Source of the DNA: Laetmonice hystrix
Lineage: Eukaryota
Direction of reading: 5' to 3'
Length of the DNA: 64,000 nucleotides
Assembly: GCA_965235115.1 (NCBI GenBank)
Contig: OZ249436.1
Coordinates: forward strand, 23,686,001 to 23,750,000
This document shows positions 62,451-64,000 of this stretch, in pieces. The position numbers were made by a program, and so were the translations under genes. The notes beneath the pieces are model-generated. The model was not told where the DNA came from. It worked only from the letters and a program-made list of their open reading frames with translations, and ran no database searches. Position 1 is the stretch's first letter. Every line of letters begins with the position of its first letter.

Positions 62451-63579
62451 TTTTATTTATCAAAAATTTATCAATTTAACATTTATTTAATAGAAAAAAA
62501 ACAGCCACCACATGTCGTGACCGTTCCAACACCTGTTTAACTTTCAGAGATTACATATGAACAAGTCGAAAAGGCATTGCTTTTGACAGTAGTTGAAACA
62601 GACTGTGCCTATACCCTCCATACATGTAGTCAATATAAACCTGGGGACCAGGCTACGTTACCTTTGACCTTTTTAGGTCGCCAGCAAAAGTGGGGGGAGG
62701 GGGGATGGCATGTCCCCCGTCCCCCCGGCAGTTGTGCCCCTGTCCTGGCACTCGGCTCACCCACGATTGACTCCGTCATATCTCGGCTGTACGACGAAGG
62801 TTCCCATGCTGGGGGGTGGGGTGGGTGGGTGGCTAGGTCGGGACCGCTGACCCGGATGTAAACAACAAACTCGCGCGCTGCCGCCGTGCCGAAAATGTAG
62901 AACTCCCTAGTGTCGGACTTTATACAAAGTCAGAATATCTGGGTTTCCTCCCAGGTGAAGAAGAGACTGTTTTGTCTCCACGATAGAAAATTCGAAGTAC
63001 AGGTATGCTGAGAAATTATATTTGAACTAGGCCTATGTGCCTGTGCGTAGGGGTCGACTATTTACTCTTTGTGTTCATGTGCGACCGCTTTACACTACTT
63101 TGCACGAAAAACGGGAAAATGGCCGCTTCATACATCCGAGGCCTGCTTCGCCTCCGGATATGACCTAGAAACAGCCAATCAGAAGCAGCGTCGGTGTTCC
63201 GAGTGCCTGTCCTGGTTACAGCCTACTGTAAAAAAAAACAAAAAAAAAAAACCTTCAGCCACAGTGCTTCAGGTGTATGTGGCCACCGTCGTGATATATA
63301 GTATTGGTAACAAGCCAATTGTCCGCTTGCAGATCCATCTGTGTTTGTTGTCAGGGCAACAGGCAATTTCTAACTCTACTCTCTAGCTATTTACTAAGCC
63401 AAAACGCAATTATAGCTCTTTAAACTTTACACACAAGGAGCTATACATGCTTTATATACATATATATAACATACATAGGCTTTCAAAACAAAAGATTAAA
63501 TATTTTTGAAGTTACCCCTGCTACCTACCAAGCCAGGCATTGGTACGAATTCAATGCAAATAAACCATGTAAAATATCA

Positions 63580-63660
63580 TAGCACGATGGCAGCGCCAGT
63601 GCTTCGTACCTGTGACAGGTCCCGGGTTCAAATCCTGGCGAAGTCACTATAATTTTTTTT
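63580..63660 (+). pseudogene. tRNA-derived sequence within a repeat
   Basis: TAGCACGATGG (box A-like), GGTTCAAATCC (box B), T-run. Confidence 0.45.
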
Positions 63661-64000
63661 CCGGTTTTGATTTTTTTCGGCCACTAAATTAGAAAAATAT
63701 TATGTTTCTTGCCTTGACAATTGCCAGTATTTCAGCTATACATGTTTTACAGCTGTATTTCACGTTCCATACCGAAAATATACAGTAGTCTACTTTTAAA
63801 TATTAAATATGCGTCACTGTCTGCAGTGTGGACTTCTCTATGGCGAACGCCATTGGATTTTTGAACTGAGATTTGTCATTGCTTCCGAGTTCATCTCGCC
63901 TCTATTACAAGACGACTATCTCTTCAAAATAGTCTTGCATTGAGCTAAATATGTCTCTGAAGTACTCCTCCCGTTTCAGACAGAAATAATCGATACTTCT

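Noticed and set aside
62955..63002. AG...GT bounded segment as a further collagen-gene exon
   Set aside because: Contains a TAG in the required phase-1 frame.

Overview
Eukaryotic (animal, probably marine invertebrate; taxon not determinable here) genomic DNA. The only recognisable host gene is part of a + strand multi-exon collagen-like gene. Nine phase-1 Gly-X-Y exons (5838-36916, about 422 codons) are followed by a calcium-binding-type EGF exon and a probable 54-bp exon with an RKKR furin-type site. Its introns and downstream flank are packed with mobile DNA: a near-intact I/Nimb-type LINE (<1-4860) and SINE tails resembling it; a decayed CR1/L2-type LINE whose ORF1 ends in a NADAR(YbiA)-like domain followed by an SGNH esterase; Ngaro/DIRS and Ginger/KRBA2-like integrase remnants; many MITEs; and a 1.9-kb foldback element. 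The most striking structure is a set of non-autonomous Helitron2/Helentron-like elements (19.2-25.4 kb and 45.5-64 kb). They look like a tandem satellite but parse as nested insertions: element bodies and ~57-bp terminal hairpin modules match like brackets, each family has its own subterminal-repeat sequence, and each 1.4-kb unit carries two tRNA-derived Pol III-like cassettes. All calls are by eye from the sequence and ORF track; no searches were run.
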